64,000 nt of DNA from Lingula anatina (lineage: Eukaryota; Animalia; Brachiopoda), in the NCBI GenBank assembly GCA_051362555.1, contig CM120641.1:7502001-7566000 (forward strand), in the 5' to 3' direction. A model generated the notes under the pieces. It had not been told where the DNA came from. It ran no database searches and was given only the letters and a program-made list of their open reading frames with translations. Positions 1-11,600 of the stretch are shown here, in pieces. The translations under genes and the position numbers were made by a program. Every line of letters begins with the position of its first letter. Position 1 is the first letter of the stretch.

Positions 1-318
1 TACTTTTTGCTTTTATGAAAATCAGCTATTCATTTATTATGTATGAACAAATTGACTTTTGATATAACTATAGCATTACAAGAACAATAATGTTTAAGGC
101 TTAGGATGCATTCACAACAGTGAATTACCTAGTCTAAAGATCAAATATGGCAACCCACTTAAAAGCTTGCCACATAATCCCCTAATAGACGCTGAATATT
201 CCCCACGTAGATTATGCAACAAGCGTTCAAGTGGGTCAGCCATATTTGATCCACGAATCTGTTAATCTGCTGTTGTGAATTTGGCTTCAGAGTCTTCTCC
301 ACCCCCCCCACCCCCGCC

Positions 319-486
319 CAGGGGCGGATTTAGGCCGTCTTCTGGGTCTTCCGGAAGACGGTCAGATTTTCACGTTTACATTGACGGGTATCTAATTTTT
401 CTTGTTGGAAGACGGTCAGAATTGGAGGATGAATCAACAAAGAAAATTTGGAAGACTGTCAGTAAATGGCTCTGGATCCGCCCCTG
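319..486. mobile_element. Short MITE with CAGGGGCGGAT/ATCCGCCCCTG terminal inverted repeats
   Basis: 11-bp perfect TIRs starting CAGG; flanks ccgcc/ccgct resemble a 5-bp TSD; internal duplicated ggaagacggtcaga motif. Confidence 0.6.
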
Positions 487-605
487 CCGCTCCACCCTGT
501 CACCTACACTTCTCCCATAGTAAGACCATGTAGTAAAATAATTCTTATTTTTATTCTATCTAGGCATTAGATAAATTTGTATCACATAGCTAAGGAAAAA
601 ATTAC

Positions 606-3183
606 TTAGTATAGGACCTTCCCTGAACTCCAGTGTCCATTCATATTAGGGCCAAATTGCCAATTAGAGTCCAGTTCCTGGTGGGGAGATGCACCACCAT
701 GATGCAAATCCCTTCCAGAATGATACTCATCATGGTAGCCTGGGTGTGATGGGTCACCATAGGCTGAAGCCTGCTTATTACTGGGATACCTGTCCTGAAC
801 TTGTCCAGGGTGGGAAGACTCGCCAAAGTGGGAAGCCCGCTTATTACTGGGGTGTATGTCCTGAACTTGTCCAGGGTGGGAAGAATCATCAAAGTGGGAA
901 GCCCGCTTATTACCAGGGTATCTGTCCTGTACTTGCCCAGGGTGGGAAGAATCATCAAAGTGGGAAGCCCGCTTATTACTGGGGTATCTGTCCTGCACTT
1001 GCCCAGGGTGGGAAGAATCATCAAAGTGGGAAGCCCGCTTATTACCAGGGTATCTGTCCTGTACTTGCCCAGGGTGGGAAGAATCATCAAAGTGGGAAGC
1101 CCGCTTATTACTGGGGTATCTGTCCTGCACTTGCCCAGGGTGGGAAGAATCATCAAAGTGGGAAGCCCGCTTATTACCGGGGTATCTGTCCTGCACTTGC
1201 CCAGGGTGGGAAGAGTCGCCAAATTGGGAAGCCAGCTTATTGCTAGAGTACCTTTCCCTTGATGGTTCACGTAGGTCATGTGGTTGATCCCAGGACATGT
1301 GGTGATCATGGGAAGCATGGTTATTCCCACTGCCAAATGCAGATCCATGGCTTCTGACATGTGGAGGGTCAAGGTATGAAGATCCTCTTTTAGAATGGGG
1401 CATTCGAGCAGCATCATCGTCATAAGCATGTCCATAACTTGGGTAGTCTGGTGATTCAGGATACATGGTTTCTTTTTTGGAAGGGGGTGAACGACCTGTA
1501 TGAGACTGACCCCCATGCTCTCTTGCTCCTTCTTCTGGTATATAATTCATTGGTGGGTGGTGATCAGCAGGATGATGGCCCCGTTTTTGAGGGGGCATAT
1601 CATAGCCAAATTCGTGCCTTGGCGGACTTTGATGCAGCATGGGATCATGCCCATAGGAGCTTCTCTTTGGTGGAGAAATCCCATAGCTCTGATCTCTTTT
1701 AGACGGGGTACGTTCGAGGACTGATCTTCTATGGGTATGTGGGGAAGGCATGGGTGAGCCTTCTTCCAAATAGGAAAACCTCTTCTGAGGAACCACTTCC
1801 CCCATGTAGTTATGGTGGGAGAAGTCTGGGCGAGGACTCGAGGAAAGGGGAGGAGAATTTCGATCTCTGCCTTGGAAATGTTCTTCACCCTGTGAACCTC
1901 TCATTGGTTGTTTATTGTAGCCAAAATTTCTGTTTCTATCATTTTCAAATCTTTCATTAGGAGAGGTGTAGAAAATGTCTCTGGGTTGACTGCGGTGATT
2001 GTTGTCCCCATGTAATCCTTGCAGATGTCCACGATCTTTTTGAGAATGAGGATGGATGGTGTCAGGAATTTGGGTCTCCCATGGATGTCGTGGTAGGCGA
2101 TTGGGTGACATTCCTGTCCAGTCACCACTGTTGTTGTCATCTTCATCAGACGCATATCCATAGTTCTGATAATTTGATAGCCTTCTCCCTGTGCCATCTT
2201 CTGACATGTGTAGGTTATCTGGGGTGATAGAAGAGGTATCGTTTCCATCTTTTTCATTTCCATTTTTCTTCTTTCGCATTATGTAAACAGTCACCAAAAT
2301 TATGATGATGGCAATGAGGACAAGGGTTCCCCCAATTACACTTGCTTTGAAGGCTCCAGTTTCATACCATTCTTCAGTTTTGGATGTAGTTAAACCTGAA
2401 ATAATTCAAAAATAATAATTTCCAGATTTTTGACTTACTTCTTTTGAAACCAAAAGTAGAGGGGCAATGAACAACCACGTACAATATGGCCACAACAATC
2501 TATCCAATGCTTAAGCACTAAAAACCCTTTGTGCCTGCATACACTGCATTATAAATGAGCAGTTTATGCAACAGACATCAAAACTGTAACAAATAACAGA
2601 AAATGTGTACTGCTTGATATTCAGTAGCAAAATCCAAAATGTATTTGATCTATCCTGAGTTTAAAAACAGAGATGAACAAAACTATTCATTTCATTATAT
2701 TAACAAATACAGAAAAAGAGCAAAACTTCTGCTTTTCCAGCAGACCAAAGTCAAGCTCACATTTCAACTGGACAACTTATCCAGCTTGACGATACTTTCG
2801 ACTTTGGTAATAACACATCACAAGATGACAGATTGACCTAGCAATTGATTCGACTATCTGAACTAGTGAGAATATCTGTGCAAATAGAAGTCAACACAGG
2901 CCCGTAGCCAGGGGGGTTCAGGGGGTTCGAAAGAACCACCGTTTTTGCTGGGAAAAGGTCCACTCTGGGTAAAATCTGATCTATGTACTTGAGGATTTTA
3001 TGGTAAAAGGTCCACCTCTTCAGAAAACGAACTCCCCCTCTGAAATTGCTGGCTACGGGCCTGCAACATAAGGCAAATAGGGCAGCTATTCGTTAACACA
3101 GTACCTGCAGTGCTGTTTTCTGTGGTGGCTCTCATTGTAGTCACAATTGTGGTCTCCCCAGTAACCGTACTGGTATCACCCAT
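606..3183 (-). CDS. Uncharacterised single-pass membrane protein (~622 aa) with His/Pro/Ser-rich cytoplasmic tail and 22-aa tandem repeats
   Basis: Exons 3105-3183 (putative ATG; exon acceptor at 3202) and 606-2395 join in phase 1. Product: Thr-rich N-terminus with an NST sequon, hydrophobic ASVIGGTLVLIAIIIILVTVYIM, then RKKK and a long low-complexity tail. The true 5' end is uncertain. Confidence 0.7.
770..1245 (-). repeat. Coding 66-bp tandem repeat, ~7 copies (NKRASHFDDSSHPGQVQDRYP[G/S])
   Basis: Unit ggaagcccgcttattactggggtatctgtcctgcacttgcccagggtgggaagaatcatcaaagtg repeats at 66-bp period; central units alternate between two variants (132-bp dimer). Confidence 0.95.
2897..3063. mobile_element. 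hAT-like MITE in an intron
   Basis: TIR CAGGCCCGTAGCCAG / CTGGCTACGGGCCTG; 5-bp direct repeat caaca on both flanks. Confidence 0.75.
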
Positions 3184-3820
3184 GCTGCTAAATCTAGCAA
3201 TCCTGGACAATAAAAATATTATAACCCAATTTCTATTTTTTAAAATGATTACAGCAGTTCCTCCAGCTCACAGTGCTCACTTTCAAGATGTTGTTCTACA
3301 GGAAACACTTCAAAAATGGAACTGTTCCCGAAAAAATGATAACAACAAGTGCTTATTGCAATGCCTCTTTCCACAGTAGAATAAAATGGCTGAACAGATT
3401 AACACACCACACCTCAAGTGGGCAAGTCACCTTCTTCACACATCTCAGGAGCCCTGAAATACATTACTTGTCTTATCATCTCTCCACCCTCATTCTGCAA
3501 ACAATGATATCTGCAAAAGCTACAGACTGTCTCACTAAAGTGGGCTAAACAAATATTTTATCAAACAACTCTGGACTGTAGGAATCTGCTACTTCAAAAT
3601 TATCTGGATGATAAATTTCAGAGAAAAAAATGCTGTGTTTTCGAAAGAGCATGGAGGAAATATATCTGAGCAGCATAAATTGTAAATCATTACATGAATG
3701 ATCATTATAGAATTCCAAGGTAACTCAAAATAAACCAAAAACAAATAAGTATGTTGTTTTTTTTATTTGCACAATAAATCACATTTATACTTAACAGGCA
3801 CATCAACAAATAATTACACC

Positions 3821-4477
3821 AGAAGAGCTGTTCTTCTGAGCAAAGAGTACTTATTTACACTAAACATCTGCTTTACAGTGAATGAAGCATTTTAAAAAGT
3901 AATAGAAAAAAATGTGAAAAAACAGCATAACTTCTAAAATAATGGCCTGATTATGCTGATTTTCGAACTCAACCTGCGTTTTAGTAAGATTGACCACTCC
4001 TGTGAGTTTAATGACAATTGGCCTATCTGTTTTTCTTATATTGTGTTTACAGTGTTGCATATATGCTGAAAAATGAAAAAATCAGCATAACTACTAAAAT
4101 AGTGGCCCAATCATGCCAATTTTCAAACTTGTCCTGCGTTTTAGTAAGATTGATTACTCCTGTGAGTTTCATGACAACAGGCCTAACGGTTTTCCTTAAA
4201 ATGTGTTTACAGGGTTGTATATATGCTGAAAAGTGAAAAAAACAGCATAACTTCTACTATAATGGCCCGATCATGCTGATTTTCGAACTTGACCTGCGTT
4301 TTATGAATATTCATCAGCTCTGTAAATATAAAAGCAAAAAATAAAACTGTGTTCCACTTATCGTGTTTACAAGGAAAGTGCACGGCATCGGCATCGGCAT
4401 CACCATCGGCGACGACGGCGACGACAGACGCAGGTGATGGCAATATGTACAGACACATCTGTGTCTGTACATAAAAA
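3821..4477 (+). mobile_element. Helentron-associated (HINE/DINE/pearl-like) non-autonomous element with internal ~160-bp tandem repeats
   Basis: About three 160-bp units (aaaacagcataacttctaaaataatggcc at ~3918, ~4078, ~4238), then a GGCATC/GAC microsatellite, a terminal palindrome tatgtacagacaca-tc-tgtgtctgtacata (4444-4473) and an A-run. The left boundary is approximate. Confidence 0.65.
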
Positions 4478-5605
4478 GCTTACACTACACCTGTTCAGGT
4501 ACACTTTATATAACTAATAGTGCTACTTTTTATCTATATGTCAACTATAATACCCTGTGAAGCTGGTGACCCAAGGACACCATATTACAATAAATAAAAA
4601 TTAAAATATTGCAAATTCCAAAAAATAATGTCTAAGCCTTCAGTATTGAAGATCTTTCAATAATCAAATGCAATATAAGTGGATACCAGGTTAGGATTCT
4701 TAATAAAATCTATATTCTTGCAGCTACTCAATACACTTGAAGTTCATTCTGCACTTAAAACAATAGATTTTTCTCAATCTTGCATAAAATAAGACACCCT
4801 ATAAATAGACTCGGTTCCCCCCCCCCCCCCCCCAAATGAATGAAAACAAAGCCTGTGCAATGCTGTATATATCCAATGTAAATAGGGTGACTACATATCA
4901 TTTCTTCTTTTAAGCTTCTCATTTGTGCAGAGTTTACCAAAAAGGTGAACACCTTTGACGATTTTTTTGTAAAATGCATTTCTTCTAAGGTTTAAAGCCA
5001 TATTAGTTAGACTGTTTAAGGATCTTTTTTTCTTTCCTTTTATTTATCTACTTATCTATTTCATGCATAACAAGGTCCCAGAATGATATAGTAAGAGCAA
5101 TTCTCAATTCTTAATGCACTAAATGGTATTGGCAGAATGTTCATTGGCAGTAACAGTATGAACACGTTGGAACATGACATTTAAAACTAAGTCAGTCATT
5201 TGGCATTTTTACACCAAGTTATGATGAAATAATAATTTAAAAACAATATGAGACTTTCTTCACTTTTAAAGACAAACAAGGGAAAATCCAACACATCCAA
5301 CACAATATATAGAAATATTCAGGAAATGCAGTGACCCCAAGTTACAAAGAGGTTACATTATGAGAGGTTGCAAACCAAAGTCAGCATTTTACAGTTCACA
5401 AACTGGACGTTTGTACGTTACAATTGTGTTACCATGTTTTTTTTAAAGTCTATTCTCTTATCTTGAAAAGGTGGCCCTGCTAGAGGACCGGATTGGGTAA
5501 AGAGGAATAGTGAGTTACATGGCAGACATCTTTGATAATATTTAACTCAAATGTTTGCAACTCGGGGTCACTCTGTACTTAAATTTAGCCCTAAATGTTA
5601 TTTTT

Positions 5606-8600
5606 CTAAAACTCCTCATCACTTTCTGGGGGTTGTGGAGGAGGAGACATTCTGATATCCTCCCTAATGTCTTCCTCCACCTCGCTTACTTCAGATCTCT
5701 CAAACTTTTCACTGTACTTGCTGTGTTCCTCAGAGATACTGGAAAGGTCACTGGCCTCAACATGTTTCACGGGAGAAACATCTGGAGAGCTGAAGGGAGG
5801 AGATTTCATCGGTGAAGCCTCTGGTGAACTGGGCACTGGTGAGGCATCCCGTGAATTGGTCCCATCTTGTAACCTCTTGTCCACACCTCCACCCACTGGT
5901 GGCTCCCTCTTTGGATGACCTTGAACAGATGACCCTCCCAAGCTCCCTGATTGACCATAGTGGTCATCTATGGTAGTTGACCTATGGGAGGAAGAACTTT
6001 TACTGTGATGTGAATGTCTGGATGAATGTTTAGAACCACTGTGTCCAGATCCATTAGAGGCACCTGAATCAGACTCCCCAGAATGTCCCCGCTCTTTGAA
6101 CTTTTTACCACCACGCCCTTGCTTCTGTTTATGCTGTGTTTCCGCTGGATCTATTCTGATAGCAGGGGGCTGCATGCCGTCTTCATGGTGATGTTCTTCA
6201 TTTCGCCCCTTGATGTCAGAAGACTCTACTCCCTTGCTTAAAATAACAGCAGGCTGGGCAGGAGGGGCATCACCCCTAGATGCTGCATGGGGCAATACAG
6301 TTCTGGTATCTTGTAACAGTCTCTGATACAGCTCATCACTCTGTGGAGGAGGAAGCCTTACAGGAGGTTGGCTCATTTCATAGTCACCACCGTGCTGCAT
6401 TGTGGGATCTAGTGTGGCTTGGTAGTTGTCTGGCCTAACACGGGGTTGTATTGTATGATGCCTGTCCTCTGTGTAGTCTGCATCAGGCTTGGCATCATGC
6501 TTGGCCTGGGTGTGTAATAACAATGGCTGTTGGGGTGACTCATAGTCCCCACTCTCCTCTTGCCATTCACTCTGCTGGAAAGGTGGCGCCACTGCTGTAT
6601 GGAGAGCAGGGACTCTGGCAGAACCCACATGAGCATGGGAAGCACTAGCAGTTCCCATACGAGGAGCAGAAGACTGGGATCTTCGCCTTGGTACAGGTAG
6701 GTCACCCTGGGAATGGTACTGTCTTGGGTATGATGTTGACACTGGTGGTTCCTGTGCTTGGTGTCCTGGTGCAGCAGGTTTACCAAATGGCATGGCACTT
6801 TGGTCCAATCCTGCCACAGTTATCAGCTGACCTAGGCTGTAAGAAAGGAAAAAAGTAAAATGTAAGCTGTCAGTCAGTAGCTAAATGATCGGTATATGCA
6901 ATTTGAATATATAGCTCAATATTTATTTCAGATGTCAAATCAAATGAATTTGACTCATTTGGCGTTTAATGTTTAATGTTTATTAATTTGAGAGAAGTGA
7001 TTATATTACTTTACCAAAAATGTTTTTCTCACCCTGCTTCCCTGAGCATGTCTAAAAAGGAATGAAACTGTTTAAAGGAAGATTCTATACTCTCCAGGAC
7101 TTTATCGTCATCAAGTGGACTTCTCTCCAGCTGTGCGCGTAGGGTGCTGATCTCTTGATGAAGACGGCCATTTTCTACAGTTAGCTGTACATACAAAAAG
7201 AAAGTAATAAGAAAAATATTCTTGCTAAATTACATAGAACAGCACCATATATAAAAAAATTACAATAATAAAATAAAAAACAGGCTATATAAAAAACTTT
7301 TACAGATGATAAAAATGTGTAGTCGGTAACTGCAATATTGGAACCATGAACAGAAAACATTGTCTACTACCTCCAACATCTTGTTTTCAGCCTTGGATCT
7401 TGCTTGCTTCTCTTCAGCCAGCTGTCTTCTTAACTGCTCCAACTCAATCTTATAAGACAACAAAGAACATAATATTAATCCACTGCTCATACTTATATTT
7501 CTGATGCAAACTTAACCTCTAAAGAACTACCTGATTTCACTGCAGTCTTGGTTAGTCTGCAAGCACCCCAAATTTTGAGAATACTTGAAAGTAAGCCATA
7601 TTTTTTTTACTCATCTGGTGTTTACAGTAACTGATAAAAGAGGATAGTTTCCAGTAATATCTAAAAGTCAGGGTGACCCTCTCTATTACCTTTATCTCCT
7701 TGATTGCCCCCAGGTTCACTTCACCCTGTACAACATCTCTCTCAGCTGTAGCATTCTGGTACACTGTATCATCATCATAGTCTGTGGTGGTGGTAGTGGT
7801 CTCATTATTGTTGGATTCCATGTGGAGGCTGACTGCAGGGGTCAGAGGAGGCGTGGTATTCTCCATGTTTTCCTGCACACTGGCCCTCCCAGGGGTGTGT
7901 TCTGGAGGGTAGCCTCTGATGATGCAAATATAACAGATTAAATCCTGGGATTTCTGACAGGTTACTAAAGACCTGAGGGAGCAACCACTGCAATCATCAT
8001 TATATTCATATCCCAGTATGTAGTATCTACCAGAAATAGCCACTTAGGAACTTTGGACTTAGCACATGATGAATTATTCAACAGATGTAATTAAACTACA
8101 TGCATGATATTCCACAAGGAGATGATTACAACAACAACAACAAAAAATGCAATTTTCCCATCTCATGTAAACATTTCAGTACAAAATGCAGAGCATCTTT
8201 TCCTCCAGTTTCCATCAATACTTACTTGTACCTGGAGGCCCTCAGAGCAGTTCTCCATGGCAAACCTGGTTTGGGTTGGACCTGCTGCATGGCCCTACTA
8301 ATACCAGGACTGGTCTTGGATCTTTTTCTTCCAGCGTCTCGAGAAATCTAGATAACAAATACAGATGGTTTATTAAATAAATGGAACCAATATTGCTTTA
8401 GATGCAGATAATTAAATTTAAAAAAAAAAGATTTTAAAATGATAACATAAAATTGCTTGAGACTAAAAATAGAAAACAAAATATTTAATTTATAAGGATG
8501 TTTAAAAACTTGAAACTTTGATAACAGGACATCAGCACATAATAAACTTACTGGAAAAGTTCACCTACCAAGTTAAAGTAAAAAATAGTTTACTTATTTC

Positions 8601-11600
8601 AGTGGAGCCAAATTAATATTTTAAGCCACAAGGTTAATACATAGAATAGAATACACATCACACATCACATAGAATATCATATGAATGGACCGTTAGAGTG
8701 ACCATCTCTGGGCAGACCACCAGAGTGACCCTTTGCTTTACCTTGATACTTGTTTTTTTGCCAATACTGCCATTCAGTGTAACGGTTCTCCTTTTCCTAG
8801 TAGGAACTCTGCCAAAGGTAATCTTCATGGGATCTTTAGGGCTTTCTGCCTTGATCCATTTGTACTAAAAGTTGAGATATTTGATGCTTTATATGTAGCC
8901 AAGTATAAAAGTGCTTTCAAATCAATAAACAGCAATATTACAAATAGTTTCTAAATGATATAACACAAATTAACATAACAACCAGTTTCTCTAAATAAAG
9001 TAAATCATATGAAAAAGGGGAAAGACAAAAACAACAAAAACAACAGATACCTAGTTTTCCCAGAAAAATAAAATTTACAGCTTGTTCACTAATTTTTCAG
9101 TTATGCCAAATTATTTTCAGGTGAAACCAAAACAATGGGGATCAAACAACAGTTATAACAACATCTACCACAAATCAATAATCTCTTGCATAACCTCATT
9201 TCCCATTTTTAATCAGCTTGAACACCATTTCTTATTTCCAAATTATATTAATGTTACCTTTCCTGTTTTCTATTTATCTTCACACTTTCATTTTCACTAT
9301 CATTTTGAATGAATGAATATTTTATCTTATAAATAAAATACTTCTATGATTTTATTTCTTAAACATATACAATTCATGCAAGTATGGGGTTTATCAAACA
9401 GATTAATTTTTTGTTGAGATAAATGGCATTCCCCCCCCCCCCCACACACCACGCACACAGACACACATTTAAACATTTTACAAGGAAAAAGAGAGAAGGT
9501 AAAGGGATCCCTGCTCGAGAGTTAAACGCACCTCTGTGTCCTGCCCATTGCTGTTTATCATGATGTGTTCCATAATACTCTGTAGTGTGTTGCGATCTGA
9601 AGAGAAAAAAGACATACATTCACAGCTACCACAATACTAAAAACTGTCTGTTTCTAAAAAAGGTTTTCTACCATTATCTTAAAAATATCCATTTTTTCCA
9701 ATGTCAAAAGTTATAAATCATAATTGCAATAATTGTCTAATTTTCAGTGATCCAACCACACAATTTCTCAAAAAAGTATACTATTACCTATGCAAAAAGA
9801 GCAAAATAAATATAACATTCTGTGTAGTGCATGCAAGCCTTAATATGTACATGAACAATAACATGAAAATGTCTAATAAAGTATGAATCTAAGGGTGTTC
9901 TTTTATGGGGCATGCATTTCTTGTACAGCATTAAAAGATTGAAAAGCTTCATTCAATCACTGTCAAAAGTTCATTCAAGTACAACTTTGATAGCATTACC
10001 CCACTGGGAATTACTGATGATTTACTGACAAATCCTTTTATTTATACAGAATTTGCTCCAATTAACACCTGTTACTTACTGCAAACATCAATATGGCAAT
10101 TAGTCTAGTGCAGAATATATCAAAAAGGATCAAAATGGCAATTACTGCCGCATTTAATAATCTGTTCACACTTGCTAAGCAGTATAAATAATCTTGTTCT
10201 AAAACAGCTCCCTTCAACTGCTACATCAACAGTTTAATGTTTAAAGGGATAATAACTCTTCGTTTTGGCCAAAAAATGAATTTTCCTGGAATAAACAACA
10301 ATTTTCCCATACTTACCAATGGTTAATGAATCCATTTTTACATTTAAAGTTAGTCCCTGGTTTTTTTCTAAAAAGTTTTTTTTTTTTTGTTATAATCTCT
10401 TAAGAGGTTATGACAGAGTATAGCCATCAATGGAGGTTACGTGGTCTAAAGATAAGCTCAGATATCAGAATTATAGCTATACCGTAACTGCCGTTTTTGT
10501 GGTAAAACAGAATATATTATATTTCACAATGTTTTTATTGTGAAAAATAGATCTCATACGAAGAGTTATTATCCCTTTAACAGAGGTGAGGGGATCGGCT
10601 AAAAAGTTTACCCTCTTGCATTCTTATAAATAGTTGAAGGAAATCACTAGCCACACCCTCACTCTGCTGATAGATTAATCTTATAGCAAAGTAAATAGGT
10701 CTGTTACTTAAAGTCCCATGAGAAACCATACCAAACTGCTGGGCTAATTATATCAGTATTTTTAGCATGACAATTATCTAAAACAAAATCAATCACGTTT
10801 AATTTTTTTGTCAGATTAAAAAAGAAGATAAAAATGCAGTGATGATTTTTCAGTCTCATTAGCTAAAAGCATTTCTATTTGGCCTACATTACAACAATTA
10901 ATACCACTGAAACACTAAAAAATAAGTTGGTTGGCATACCAATCATGGGATTAGCTCTGATGTCCAAAACTACAATGGTGGTGTTGAACTTCAGTGTGTC
11001 CAGTAAGGCTTTTCCTCCAGAACTGCCCACTCCACACTGCTGGATGTCCAGGGCTAAAATAAAAAATACAAAAAAAAAAAAAATTCTTCGTTTGTTTCAT
11101 ATTTATTTATGTAGTGTCTTTATCTCAAATTTATATACTGGATTAATTTAAGAATATTCAAATATATAAACAGAAACCATACAAAATAACATTTTTCAAA
11201 ATATAAATAACTATGTGACAACACAGAATCACATTTTATTTTTCTTTTTTTTTTTAAGAAATACCTGTGAACTAAATTTACTTTATGGCTGCATCCTAAC
11301 AATTCTACAATTATGCAAATGTGCACGAGCTGCCATTAACTTATACATTGTAAATGGAATCTGTTCACTGTTAAAATGAAATGCAATTCATTCTATAAAA
11401 TCACTAGAAAACTCGAGCATGACATGGTCAATTCTCCAGCAATGCATTACTTTAACAGTTACAGTATTCACACAAAATGAAAGTTTGGTAAAAGCGGCCT
11501 GGTTTGGCCAAATCACGAACAAACAATATTCCTTGTTACCTTCTTTCTTGCTATGAATGAGACTATAAAAGTTTGTGGTACACTGAGATGGAGGAGACAT

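Noticed and set aside
641-1516. Overlapping ORFs 641-1516(-), 689-1246(+) and 801-1262(+)
   Set aside because: Shadow frames: a 66-bp unit without stops keeps several frames open. Only 606-2395(-) extends well beyond the array and links to a TM segment and splice site.
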